DNA of 59,443 nucleotides, taken from positions 1-59,443 of the IMG/VR virus record IMGVR_UViG_3300042195_000136; one strand, written 5' to 3'. The notes under the pieces are model-generated. The model ran no database searches and was not told the DNA's origin. It worked only from the letters and a program-made list of their open reading frames with translations. The position numbers were made by a program, and so were the translations under genes. Each line of letters begins with the position of its first letter. The first letter of the stretch is position 1. The DNA comes from a virus. Its lineage: Duplodnaviria; Caudoviricetes. Shown here in pieces: positions 7,968-17,189 of this stretch.

Positions 7968-9815
7968 ATGGCCAGGCGCTTCTCGCAGCGGCAACACATC
8001 GCCCTCTACCTGGCGGCCGACGGCCACTGCGAGGGGTGCGGCGCCGAACTCCAACCCAGCTGGCACGGCGACCACATCACGCCCTACTCGGCCGGAGGCG
8101 CCACCGACGTCATCAACGGCCAAGCCCTCTGCCCCACCTGCAACCTGAAGAAAGGCAACCGCCACATGCAGCTCCGCGGCTGGCAGGAAGACGCCATCGG
8201 GCGCTTCCTCCGCAACAACGACGACTTCCTCACCGTCGCCACACCCGGCGCGGGTAAGACCACCTTCGCCCTCACCTCGGCCAAGATGCTCATCGACCGA
8301 GGCGACATCACCCGTGTCATCGTCGTCGTCCCCACCGCGCACCTGCGCAACCAGTGGGCCCACGCCGGAGCAAGTGCCGGGATCCAGCTCGACAACACCT
8401 TCGCCAACGGCAACACCGTCATCGCGAAGGACTACGACGGCACGGTCATCACGTACGCAACCGTCGCGGCGCAACCCCAGTTGTGGCGCAAGCTCGCCAC
8501 CCAGCAACAGAGCCTGATCGTCCTCGACGAGGTACACCACGCCGGAGAAGCCGACCACCTCAGCTGGGGCCCCGCCCTCACAGAGGCGTTCGGCCCGGCA
8601 TACCGGCGGCTGCTCCTATCCGGCACGCCGTTCCGCTCCGACGGCCGCCCCATCCCCTTCGTCACCTACGAGCAGGGCAAGTGCGTGCCCAGCATCAACT
8701 ACGACTACGGAACCGCTCTCGCGGACCGAGACGTCGTGCGCCCCATCGCTTTCCCGGCGCTCGACGGGACGATGCGCTGGCGCGACGCCGGCACCATCGT
8801 TGCCGCAGACCTGGCCACCGTCGATGAGGAGCGGCTCGCACGCGCGCTCGACACTGCGTACGACCCGACCGGCGAGTGGATCCGCTCAGTACTCCGGCGC
8901 GCCGACGCCGAGTTGACCCGGCTCAGGGAAGAAACCCCGGACGCCGGAGGCCTGATCGTTGCGTCCAACCAGTACAACGCCCGCCAGTACGCCGCAATCC
9001 TCAAGCGCATCACGGGCGACGCACCCACCGTGGCCATCTCCGACGAGCCCGACGCCTCCGACCTCATCAAGGCCTACGCGAAGGGCAGCCAGCGATGGAT
9101 CGTCGCAGTGCAGATGGTGTCCGAGGGCGTCGACATCCCGCGCCTCGCCCTTGGTGTCTACGCCTCACGGATCTCCACGGAGATGTTCTTCCGGCAGGTC
9201 GTTGGCCGTTTCGTCCGGATGCGCGGAGCCGAGGACGAGACGACAGCCACTCTGTACATCCCTTCCATCGAGCCGCTCCTGTCGTACGCCCGAGACATCG
9301 AGCGGACCGTCGAGGCCGTCCTCGCCGAGGAGGAGCGCGAACTCCGTGAGCGTACGGAGAAGGGCCCGCAGCAAACAGCGTTGACCTTGGATCTGGTGGA
9401 ACCTCTTGACTCCACCGAGGCGACCCATCACTCCACGATCTTCCGGGCCGAGGCCTTCAGCGACATCGAGCTGCGCCGCGCCGAGAACGCCGCGCGGCAG
9501 GCCGGGATGCCGGTCGCGGTAACGCCGGAGATGATGGCGCACGCCCTGCGCCTGGCAGGCGGAGGACGCGTCGTCGGTACGGCCACGGTCGCCGCTCCGG
9601 CGCCGGAGCAGGCACGGCCGCTCGCGGAGGAGAAGGCGTCTCTGCGGAAGCTGATCATGCGCAAGGTCGGGCAGCTTCAGCGCCGGACCGAGGTCGAGTT
9701 CTCCCACATCCACTCGCAGTTGAACCGGCGTTGCGGTGACACCGCGAAGACCGCGACGACGGAAACCTTGAACAGGCGCCTGGAGCTGCTGGACCAGTGG
9801 CTGGAGGAGGCGTGA
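7968..9815 (+). CDS. HNH endonuclease fused to SF2 (DEAD/ResIII-like) helicase
   Basis: CEGC..DHITP..GG..N.QALCPTCN; ATPGAGKT, LDEVHH, SGTP, SEGVDIP, QVVGR. Confidence 0.88.
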   Translation: MARRFSQRQHIALYLAADGHCEGCGAELQPSWHGDHITPYSAGGATDVINGQALCPTCNLKKGNRHMQLRGWQEDAIGRFLRNNDDFLTVATPGAGKTTFALTSAKMLIDRGDITRVIVVVPTAHLRNQWAHAGASAGIQLDNTFANGNTVIAKDYDGTVITYATVAAQPQLWRKLATQQQSLIVLDEVHHAGEADHLSWGPALTEAFGPAYRRLLLSGTPFRSDGRPIPFVTYEQGKCVPSINYDYGTALADRDVVRPIAFPALDGTMRWRDAGTIVAADLATVDEERLARALDTAYDPTGEWIRSVLRRADAELTRLREETPDAGGLIVASNQYNARQYAAILKRITGDAPTVAISDEPDASDLIKAYAKGSQRWIVAVQMVSEGVDIPRLALGVYASRISTEMFFRQVVGRFVRMRGAEDETTATLYIPSIEPLLSYARDIERTVEAVLAEEERELRERTEKGPQQTALTLDLVEPLDSTEATHHSTIFRAEAFSDIELRRAENAARQAGMPVAVTPEMMAHALRLAGGGRVVGTATVAAPAPEQARPLAEEKASLRKLIMRKVGQLQRRTEVEFSHIHSQLNRRCGDTAKTATTETLNRRLELLDQWLEEA

Positions 9816-10396
9816 GTACGCCGAAGGGGAACGCGGTCCTAGTGGAGGCCCTCGGCTCGGCGCTGCGCCGTGGCGGGAACGCGCTGGAGGACGTGCCGGA
9901 CCTGCTGAAGCGGGTGCTGGAGGAGGAGTCGTGGCGGGAGTTCGTCACGCCCCGAGGTGAACTCGTACGGCACGGGCGGTTCGTGGACTTCGTGACCACG
10001 GCCCCCACTCAGGGGATCGGCGCGTCGGTGGACCTGGTGCGCCGGATCGTGAAGGACGACCCGGAGTCGCTCGACCTGCTCGACCGCGCATTGCAGAACG
10101 CCGATGGAGGGTCCCCCGAGCAGCGAGCCACTGTAGCTAATAGCAACAGTGGGCGTCCGTCCGGAACGACCCAAGCTGCTGCGCTGCGCCGCCTCCGCAA
10201 GGACGCGCCGTCCCTCCACTCCGAAGTCCTCGCTGGCCGTCTCTCCGCGCACGCCGCCATGGTCCAAGCCGGGTTCCGGCCCAAGACCATCAGCGTCCCC
10301 GTCAGCCGACCCGAGTCGATCGCCGCTGCCCTGCGCAAGCACCTCGGCCCGGACGACATCGCCCGCCTCATCAAGCTCCTCCTCGACGAGCCCTAA
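9812..10396 (+). CDS. Hypothetical DNA-binding protein (ParB-like HTH tail)
   Basis: GTGA-coupled to helicase; GTTQAAALRRLRKDAPSLHSEVLAGRLSAHAAM. Confidence 0.6.
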   Translation: MSTPKGNAVLVEALGSALRRGGNALEDVPDLLKRVLEEESWREFVTPRGELVRHGRFVDFVTTAPTQGIGASVDLVRRIVKDDPESLDLLDRALQNADGGSPEQRATVANSNSGRPSGTTQAAALRRLRKDAPSLHSEVLAGRLSAHAAMVQAGFRPKTISVPVSRPESIAAALRKHLGPDDIARLIKLLLDEP

Positions 10397-10465
10397 AACG
10401 CCCCGGGCCGTCCACCGCGGGCGGCCCACCGCAGTCCTCAACCAGCACGATCGAAAGAAGTGCAG

Positions 10466-11434
10466 ATGCCCTGGGTCAAGCTCGACGACCGGTTCCCGTC
10501 GCACCGCAAGATCGCCTTGCTGTCCGACCGGGCGTTCCGGCTGCACATCTCCGCGATCTGCTGGTGCTCCGAAAACCTCACGGACGGACGCATCACCGAC
10601 CGCGAGTTGACTCTCGTCGCACACATCCGGGGCCTGAAGGCGACCGCGAAGCAGCTCGAAGACGCCGGCCTGTGGGACCGCACCGACGACGGCTGGGCCA
10701 TCCATGACTTCCTCGACTACAACCCGTCCCGCGACCAGGTGATCGCCGAGCGGAAGAAGAACGCCGAGCGGCAGGAGAAGTTCCGCCGCCGCAAGAACGG
10801 CAAGCCGGTCCCACCGGGCCCCGGCACCCCGTCAAGTAACGGCGTTAGTAACGGCGTTACGCGAACCGCAGAAACGCACGACGGCGACACGAACGCAGCA
10901 CGACGGCGACACGACGGCGACACGACGGCGACCGGAAACCGTCACGAATCTCAGACAGAACCGCAGGTCACAGAGATTCGTAACGGCGTTACTAACGGCG
11001 CCCCGTCCCGTCCCGTCCCGACCCCAACCCCTTCTATGGCTGATGTAGGTGGGGAAAGTGCCGGTAGTGAGGCGCCCGAGGCCGACGCTTTCGCGCCCTC
11101 CCCGATCGACATCGACGGCTTCCAACTCACCGACGCCATGCGCGCCTGGTCGCTGCGAACCTTCGGCCCCGGCCTCGACCTCGACTACGAGACCGCCCAA
11201 TTCCTCGACCACTTCCGCGCCCAAAACGTCCGCCGCCCCAACTGGCCGACCGAATGGCAGAAGTGGATCCGCCGCTCCGCGAAGTACGCGTCCGAGCGCG
11301 CCACCCGCCCCAGCACCAACGTCGTGCCCTTCACCCAGCCCCGCCCCTCCACCACCGACGCCCGCGTCCAAGCCGCCCTCGACCTCGGCCGCCAAATGCA
11401 AGCCGAAGCCGACGCCGCCCAGGAGGCCCAGTGA
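10466..11434 (+). CDS. Phage replication initiator
   Basis: MPWVKLDD..HRK N-terminus, WAIHDFLDYNPS, C-terminal FLDHF..W..W..W; internal iterons. Confidence 0.75.
   Translation: MPWVKLDDRFPSHRKIALLSDRAFRLHISAICWCSENLTDGRITDRELTLVAHIRGLKATAKQLEDAGLWDRTDDGWAIHDFLDYNPSRDQVIAERKKNAERQEKFRRRKNGKPVPPGPGTPSSNGVSNGVTRTAETHDGDTNAARRRHDGDTTATGNRHESQTEPQVTEIRNGVTNGAPSRPVPTPTPSMADVGGESAGSEAPEADAFAPSPIDIDGFQLTDAMRAWSLRTFGPGLDLDYETAQFLDHFRAQNVRRPNWPTEWQKWIRRSAKYASERATRPSTNVVPFTQPRPSTTDARVQAALDLGRQMQAEADAAQEAQ
10836..11000 (+). repeat. Iteron-like repeats, putative origin inside initiator gene
   Basis: Five tandem 11-bp units (four CACGACGGCGA) at 10877-10931; GTAACGGCGTTA at 10836, 10848 and 10980. Confidence 0.7.
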
Positions 11435-12159
11435 TCACCTACGAAGACGCCTCAACACTCCTCGGCCTCGCCGCCGCCCGCGACCAACGCACCGTCGGCC
11501 GAGCCGACATCCTCGCCTGGCACGCCGACCTCTCCGCCGCAGGACTCACCCGCGCCGACGCCGAAACCGCACTCACCGCCTTCTACCAAGAAATGGCCCG
11601 CCGTCAGCCACAAGACCGCTACCGGGCAACCGCCGTCGATTTGATCGACATCGCCAAGCGGGCCCGCCGTGAACGCGTAGCCAACCTCCGCTACGACGGC
11701 GACCCCGACGAAACCCCGCAGCAGTACCTCAACCGGCTCCGCGCCCGTACCGCCGCCCTCGCTGACGGCCGTATCGGACCGGACACCGGACTTCGCGCCC
11801 TCGGCCCCGGCACCCCTGATCCGCGGCTGCTCCGTGAACTTGCCGCCGTCGGCCACGACGTACCCGACGACACCACGAGCGGTCGCCGGCCGGTACGTGT
11901 CGGCCCGCTCACCGTCGAGTGCCCCGCCTGCCTCGCACCCCTCGGCAGACACTGCCGCAGCAACGGCCACCCGCGGACCGTCCCGCATGCCGTCCGCCGC
12001 CGTGCGGCACGCGACGCCCACGACCTGCCCCGCGAAGACACCGACCAGATCGCCGCCCGCAAGGAAGCCGCAGCCGCCTACCTCGACCAGCTTCCTCCCG
12101 AGGAACGCGCTCAGCTTCAGGAGTTCCAGGACCAGATCCGCGAGACCGAGACGTCGTGA
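11431..12159 (+). CDS. Putative helicase-loader-like protein with zinc finger
   Basis: Follows initiator; AARDQRTVG..DILAW motif; CPAC...C...H. Confidence 0.55.
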   Translation: MITYEDASTLLGLAAARDQRTVGRADILAWHADLSAAGLTRADAETALTAFYQEMARRQPQDRYRATAVDLIDIAKRARRERVANLRYDGDPDETPQQYLNRLRARTAALADGRIGPDTGLRALGPGTPDPRLLRELAAVGHDVPDDTTSGRRPVRVGPLTVECPACLAPLGRHCRSNGHPRTVPHAVRRRAARDAHDLPREDTDQIAARKEAAAAYLDQLPPEERAQLQEFQDQIRETETS

Positions 12160-12323
12160 CCCAGCTCCCCGAGTGGGCGATCCGCTGCCCCTGGTGCCAG
12201 GCCCCGCCCGGCCAGCGTTGCACCAGCCCCCGCGGCCGGAAACTCGCCATCGCCAGCCACGACGCACGCAAAACCGCACACACCGCCCGGCAAGCCGAGG
12301 AGACACCCGATGAGCCCTCGTAA
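12156..12323 (+). CDS. Small zinc-finger protein
   Basis: CPWCQAPPGQRC...H. Confidence 0.6.
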   Translation: MTQLPEWAIRCPWCQAPPGQRCTSPRGRKLAIASHDARKTAHTARQAEETPDEPS

Positions 12324-12699
12324 GGGCAACGCCCACGACCACGCGTACGACACCGAGACGCTCCAGGAGAAGGCCGACCGGATCCGCGCCGAGCAGGGCC
12401 TCCCGGCCGAGGCCGAGCACTCCGGCCCGCGCCCCTGCCAGTGGTACGACGACGGGCACGGCGGACGCTTCCTCGTCCCCGGCTGCATGACCCGCGTCGT
12501 CAACCCCGACGTGGAGGCCTGCGCCTGCAAGACCGTCGAGGAGGAACTCGCCGCCGCCCGCCGCGAGATCGAGTCGCTGAAGAAGAGCCGCAACGGCCTC
12601 CAGAAGTGGCACGACCACGTGACCCGCGCCGTCTACGACCACGCCGACGGCATCCAGATCATGAAGACCGCCGCCGACCGAGCGGAGATCGGCCGATGA
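12310..12699 (+). CDS. Hypothetical protein
   Basis: GAGGAG RBS, ATGA coupling. Confidence 0.6.
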   Translation: MSPRKGNAHDHAYDTETLQEKADRIRAEQGLPAEAEHSGPRPCQWYDDGHGGRFLVPGCMTRVVNPDVEACACKTVEEELAAARREIESLKKSRNGLQKWHDHVTRAVYDHADGIQIMKTAADRAEIGR

Positions 12700-13088
12700 C
12701 GCGCCGCTGCCGCATCACCAACTGCCCCAAACCAGCCCGCCCAGGCCGACACCTCTGCGACCTCCACCGCGTCCGCCTCTACCGCCACCGCAACCCCGAC
12801 TTCACCCAGTGGACGGTGGCCGACCCTCACGACGTCGCCGCGATCATCCGCGAACAGCGGCCCGCTGAGGGACTGACCCGCCTCGAGCGCGTCCAAGTCG
12901 CCCAAGGCCTCACCGCCCACGGGCTCCCCGCCGACGAGATAGCCCGAATCCTCGGCGTCACCCCACGCACCGTCTACCGGTGGCGCTCCAAAGCCCACAC
13001 AGACCCCCAGACGACCCAAGACCACACCCAGACCCCCGCAGGCGCTCACACGGGCACACAGGGGCCACGACAGGCGTACGCAGCCTGA
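12696..13088 (+). CDS. HTH DNA-binding protein with N-terminal Cys/His motif
   Basis: ADEIARILGVTPRTVYRWR. Confidence 0.75.
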   Translation: MTRRCRITNCPKPARPGRHLCDLHRVRLYRHRNPDFTQWTVADPHDVAAIIREQRPAEGLTRLERVQVAQGLTAHGLPADEIARILGVTPRTVYRWRSKAHTDPQTTQDHTQTPAGAHTGTQGPRQAYAA

Positions 13089-13138
13089 CCGCCACACCCA
13101 CACCCAACGGATCACTACCTCGCGCGAGGAGCCACACC

Positions 13139-13444
13139 GTGACCACAACACCCCAAACCCACGACACCCAGCAGGACGAGACGCTCGTCGCCTTGGAGGC
13201 CGAAGGCTGCACCACGTGGCGGCTCACCGAGCGCAGCTACCCGCGCGTCAACTCCGAGCTCGACCGGCTCGGCGTGTTCACGAAGCAGTACACCGAGTGT
13301 GACGAGATCGACGGCCACATCGTCACCGTCGGCATGCGCATCGGCGTGAAGCCCGGCCATGTCGTTGCCTGCTTCGGCGACACGGTCGTCCGGCATCCCG
13401 ACGGCCGCTGGTCGGTCCACCCCACACCCGTCGCCGCTGTCTGA
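13139..13444 (+). CDS. Hypothetical protein
   Basis: GAGGAG RBS and GTG start. Confidence 0.6.
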   Translation: MTTTPQTHDTQQDETLVALEAEGCTTWRLTERSYPRVNSELDRLGVFTKQYTECDEIDGHIVTVGMRIGVKPGHVVACFGDTVVRHPDGRWSVHPTPVAAV

Positions 13445-13481
13445 CCGTCCGACCCCGCACACCCACCGAAGGAGCAGCACT

Positions 13482-15032
13482 GTGAGCCCGCCCCCGTACT
13501 ACGCCGCCGACGGAGTAACCCTCCACCTCGGCAACAGCCTCGACGTCCTACCCACCCTGCCCGACGCGTCCGCCGACGCCGTGATCACCGACCCGCCCTA
13601 CGAAATCTCGATGATGAACCGCTCCTGGGACTCAACAGGCATCGCCTACAACGTCGACCTGTGGCGCGAGTGCTGGCGGATCCTCAAGCCCGGCGGGCAC
13701 CTGCTCGCGTTCGGCGGGACCCGCACCTACCACCGCATGACGGTCGCGATCGAGGATGCCGGGTTCGAGATCCGCGACTCCCTGCACTGGATCTACGGCT
13801 CGGGCTTCCCCAAGGGCCAGGACATCGCGAAGTCCATCGACAAGCGGCGCGACGACCGCGAGCAGGTGCTGCAGGTGACGGTCTGGCTCGCTGAAGCAGT
13901 TCGGTCCGCTGGCTGGACCACGCGCCGTATGAACGACCTGTTCGGCTTCGAGAGCATGGCGGCCCACTGGGTAACACAAGGTGTTGCCGCTGCAGTTCCT
14001 ACGCCCGAGCAGTGGGACCAACTACGTGAGGCGCTCGGTTTCGACGACGCCGCCATTCGGCCGCTGGTCGCCCAGCTCAACGGCCGTAAGGGCACGCTCG
14101 GGGAAGCGTGGGCGCAGCGCGAGGTCATCGGCCAGCGCACCACCGGCCTGGGCACCGGGCATGGAACTGTTCCGGTTATCCAGGGCAGCGAGAACCGCGA
14201 CCTGACGGCCCCGGCGTCCGCGGAGGCGCAGCGGTGGCAGGGCTGGAACACGTCGCTGAAGCCCGCCCACGAGCCGATCGTGATGGCCCGCAAGTCGACC
14301 GGCTTCAACACGACCGCCGCGAACGTACTGGAGCACGGCACGGGCGCGCTCAACATCGCGGCAACGCGGACCGCAACGCAGGACAAGGCTTCCAGGGTTC
14401 GGCGAACCGCCCTAGGGATCATGAATGACGACGGGTGGCAGCCGTCAGTAACGTCGTACGAGACTCACGAAGCAGGCCGTTGGCCGACGAACGTGATCCT
14501 CACGCATCCGCCGCTCCTCGACGCCCACTGCCAACCCGTCGGGGACGCCTGCACCAACGGCTGCGTGCCCGGATGCCCCATTGCCGAGATGGACCGGCAG
14601 AGCGGCGTGCGCACGAGCGGCAAGATGCAGGCCGGTGTTGAGCGCAGCAACCGTGACGGCTGGGCCGGGCCCATGCCCGCGACCACGGGCGCCGAGACCT
14701 ACGGCGACAGCGGCGGCGCGTCCCGGTTCTTCCCCGTCTTCCGCTACGAAGCGAAGGCCCCCGCGTCGGAACGCCCGCGACTGTCGGACGGAACCGCGCA
14801 CACCACGGTCAAGCCGCTCGCCCTCATGCAGTGGCTGGTCCGTCTCGTCACCCCGCCCGGAGGGACCGTCCTGGACCCCTTCGCGGGGTCTGGCACCACG
14901 TTGGAGGCCTGCGTCATCGAAGGGTTCCCCGTCATCGGTATCGAGCGCGAGGAGGCCCACGCCGAACTGTGCCGCGCCCGACTGACGAAACCGATAGCTC
15001 CCGCGCTATTCGGCGACGACATCCCCGCCTGA
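13482..15032 (+). CDS. DNA N4-C/N6-A methyltransferase (beta class) with large insertion
   Basis: DPPY near N-terminus; HTTVKP and VLDPFAGSGTT near C-terminus. Confidence 0.92.
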   Translation: MSPPPYYAADGVTLHLGNSLDVLPTLPDASADAVITDPPYEISMMNRSWDSTGIAYNVDLWRECWRILKPGGHLLAFGGTRTYHRMTVAIEDAGFEIRDSLHWIYGSGFPKGQDIAKSIDKRRDDREQVLQVTVWLAEAVRSAGWTTRRMNDLFGFESMAAHWVTQGVAAAVPTPEQWDQLREALGFDDAAIRPLVAQLNGRKGTLGEAWAQREVIGQRTTGLGTGHGTVPVIQGSENRDLTAPASAEAQRWQGWNTSLKPAHEPIVMARKSTGFNTTAANVLEHGTGALNIAATRTATQDKASRVRRTALGIMNDDGWQPSVTSYETHEAGRWPTNVILTHPPLLDAHCQPVGDACTNGCVPGCPIAEMDRQSGVRTSGKMQAGVERSNRDGWAGPMPATTGAETYGDSGGASRFFPVFRYEAKAPASERPRLSDGTAHTTVKPLALMQWLVRLVTPPGGTVLDPFAGSGTTLEACVIEGFPVIGIEREEAHAELCRARLTKPIAPALFGDDIPA

Positions 15033-15072
15033 GTCCGGTTCCGTCCGGCCCGCACACACCCCTGGAGCAGCA

Positions 15073-15558
15073 ATGACCACCAACCCGAGCGTGACCACAG
15101 ACCGCGTCCTCCAAGAGATCCTCGCCGAACGCATCGCCCAAGACACCAAGTGGGGCGAGCAGAACCACCCCGACGGCACAGGCGGCCCCGTCATGCGGCA
15201 GAAGGCCGACGAGGCCCGCGCGCAGTGCCAGTACCTCGCCGCGAACGGCGGCCCGGACTGGCGCGCCGTGCTCCTGGAGGAGGCCTACGAAGCACTCGCT
15301 GAGGACGACCCGGCAAAGCTGCGCGCCGAGCTCGTTCAGGTCGCAGCCGTCGCCGTCAACTGGATCGAGGCCATCGACCGCCGCGCCCCTGTCGAGGAGC
15401 AGCCCGCCGCCGACGCGTCCGAGGCGTGCGGCAAGTGCCGCCGACCGTTCGACCCGGCCGACAACGCCCGCTACCACCTGACGCCGTACTGCCGCGGCTG
15501 CGTCAACCGCTGCACGGACAGCGAGATCGCCGACCACCGATGCGTCATCTGCGCCTGA
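15073..15558 (+). CDS. MazG-like nucleotide pyrophosphohydrolase
   Basis: LLEEAYEA...RAELVQVAAVAV; C-terminal Cys cluster. Confidence 0.65.
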   Translation: MTTNPSVTTDRVLQEILAERIAQDTKWGEQNHPDGTGGPVMRQKADEARAQCQYLAANGGPDWRAVLLEEAYEALAEDDPAKLRAELVQVAAVAVNWIEAIDRRAPVEEQPAADASEACGKCRRPFDPADNARYHLTPYCRGCVNRCTDSEIADHRCVICA

Positions 15559-15570
15559 CCACGCATGAGA

Positions 15571-15605
15571 CCGGCAGCCCCGCGTTCGACCCGCGGGGCT
15601 GCCGG
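15571..15605. terminator. Perfect 14-bp hairpin
   Basis: CCGGCAGCCCCGCG-N7-CGCGGGGCTGCCGG. Confidence 0.55.
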
Positions 15606-15642
15606 CCCGCCCATCCTCCCGCACCGATCAAGGAGCCACACC

Positions 15643-16287
15643 GTGACCGAGACACCCGACCAGCCCGCACTCCCTCCGCTCCTCGCCGCAGCCCGCGCGC
15701 TGGAACTCGACCGTGACGCCGCGTCCAGCGGGGAGAGCGATGACTACCGGCGCGGCATGACGCGCGCCGTGAAGCTGCTGCGTCTCCTGAACGAGGACGA
15801 GCCTGCCGCTGCCTCGTCTGCCGTGCCTGCGCCTGCCACAGACCGGGCCGCAGGCGTGGCCGAGGCAATCCGCACCTTCCCGTTCGACAACTTCGGCATG
15901 GACGACGTGTCGTTCGCCCTCGAAGACGACCCCGAGGCGCAGGAGTGGGTGCCCGCGCTCGCCGACGCGGTGCTCGCCACTCTGCCCGCGACCACCGCAC
16001 GGGCCGTCGAGCTACGGGACTACTGGCACGCCGAGGCGATGAGCGCGACCACTCGCATCATCGAGTTGGAGGGCCAGTTGGAGGAGCTGCGTCGCATGGC
16101 CGACGAGACGCCACAGCAGCCCGAGGCCGAGGAGCCGACCGAGGAGCAGATCGTCCGCGAGCACGTCACCACCGTGCACCTCATCGGCGAGCAGCTCGCG
16201 GCCGTCGAGTCGTGGATGTGGGAACGGCTGGCCGAGATCCGCGCCGTCGCGCCCGCTGTTGTGGCGCAGCCCGACGAGGAGGCCTGA
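15643..16287 (+). CDS. Hypothetical protein
   Basis: AAGGAG RBS and GTG. Confidence 0.6.
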   Translation: MTETPDQPALPPLLAAARALELDRDAASSGESDDYRRGMTRAVKLLRLLNEDEPAAASSAVPAPATDRAAGVAEAIRTFPFDNFGMDDVSFALEDDPEAQEWVPALADAVLATLPATTARAVELRDYWHAEAMSATTRIIELEGQLEELRRMADETPQQPEAEEPTEEQIVREHVTTVHLIGEQLAAVESWMWERLAEIRAVAPAVVAQPDEEA

Positions 16288-16289
16288 CC

Positions 16290-16466
16290 GTGGCCATCGA
16301 CCCGAACACCGGTGGCTCCACCGGCATCAGCCTCGCAGGCAGCTGGGAGTGCGGCGGCTGCGGCGCGACCGGCGACGGCTGGTACGACGAAGACGACGGA
16401 CTCGTCCTGCACGACGAGAACGGGCAGCCCTTCGCCCCTGACGATCACGTCTGCGGGGAGGCCTGA
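16290..16466 (+). CDS. Small Cys-containing hypothetical protein
   Basis: GGAGG RBS; WECGGCG. Confidence 0.5.
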   Translation: MAIDPNTGGSTGISLAGSWECGGCGATGDGWYDEDDGLVLHDENGQPFAPDDHVCGEA

Positions 16467-16468
16467 CT

Positions 16469-16813
16469 ATGGCCCTCCCGTGGAAGACGCCGTGCGCGAA
16501 CCGCCGCTACACCGCCCACTTCGGCATCCTCGTCGACCCGTGGCTACTCGACGAATGCGTCGAGTGCGAGTTCTGCGGCAGTTGCGTCACGCACATCTGC
16601 TACCGCGACGACGCGTCAACGCTCCTGCACCTCGACCACTTCAAAGACTTCGCCAATCCCGGCGAACCCGAGTGCGGGTCAGTCGGCGGCCCGAAGCATC
16701 TGCCCGAGTACGAGCCGCGCCCCTGCAACCTCCCGGCCGGGCACGGCGGGAAGTGGCATCGGGCACGGATGGGCTGGCACTGGCCCGCCGCCCGAGCCGA
16801 GGAGCCGTCGTGA
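16469..16813 (+). CDS. Cys/His-rich hypothetical protein
   Basis: GGAGG RBS; multiple Cys pairs. Confidence 0.55.
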   Translation: MALPWKTPCANRRYTAHFGILVDPWLLDECVECEFCGSCVTHICYRDDASTLLHLDHFKDFANPGEPECGSVGGPKHLPEYEPRPCNLPAGHGGKWHRARMGWHWPAARAEEPS

Positions 16814-17067
16814 TCGTCGACGTGTACGAGGCCGTCGACCGCATGCTGTGGGCGCTCCTCGCCTGGATTGCCGTCTTCGCGGTCGTGGGCACGCTGCTGC
16901 TCCTCAGCATGGCGGCGGGCATCGCGTGGGCGTGGCGTGCCGCACGGAGACGCCCCAGGCGTCCGCTGTGGGCCCGAGGGCGGCTCCGGGCACGGATCCT
17001 TGCCCGCACCCGCGCCAGAGGCTCACAGGAGCTCTCAGAGACTCCGGACTTCGAGGAGGCCGCGTGA
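16810..17067 (+). CDS. Small membrane protein
   Basis: Long hydrophobic segment; GTGA overlaps. Confidence 0.55.
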   Translation: MIVDVYEAVDRMLWALLAWIAVFAVVGTLLLLSMAAGIAWAWRAARRRPRRPLWARGRLRARILARTRARGSQELSETPDFEEAA

Positions 17068-17189
17068 ACCCCGGCTACGCCCTCGGTATCGGCATCGTCC
17101 TCGCCCCGTTCATCTCCGCCATCCTCCTCGCCCTCCGCTGGGCAGGCCGCACCCTCTACCGGACCGCACGCACCCGGAGCAGCCGATGA
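17064..17189 (+). CDS. Small membrane protein
   Basis: One TM segment; 4-bp overlaps on both sides. Confidence 0.5.
   Translation: MNPGYALGIGIVLAPFISAILLALRWAGRTLYRTARTRSSR

Noticed and set aside
10877-10931. Tandem repeats as a CRISPR or mini-array
   Set aside because: 11-bp units without unique spacers, inside a coding gene; no cas genes in the window
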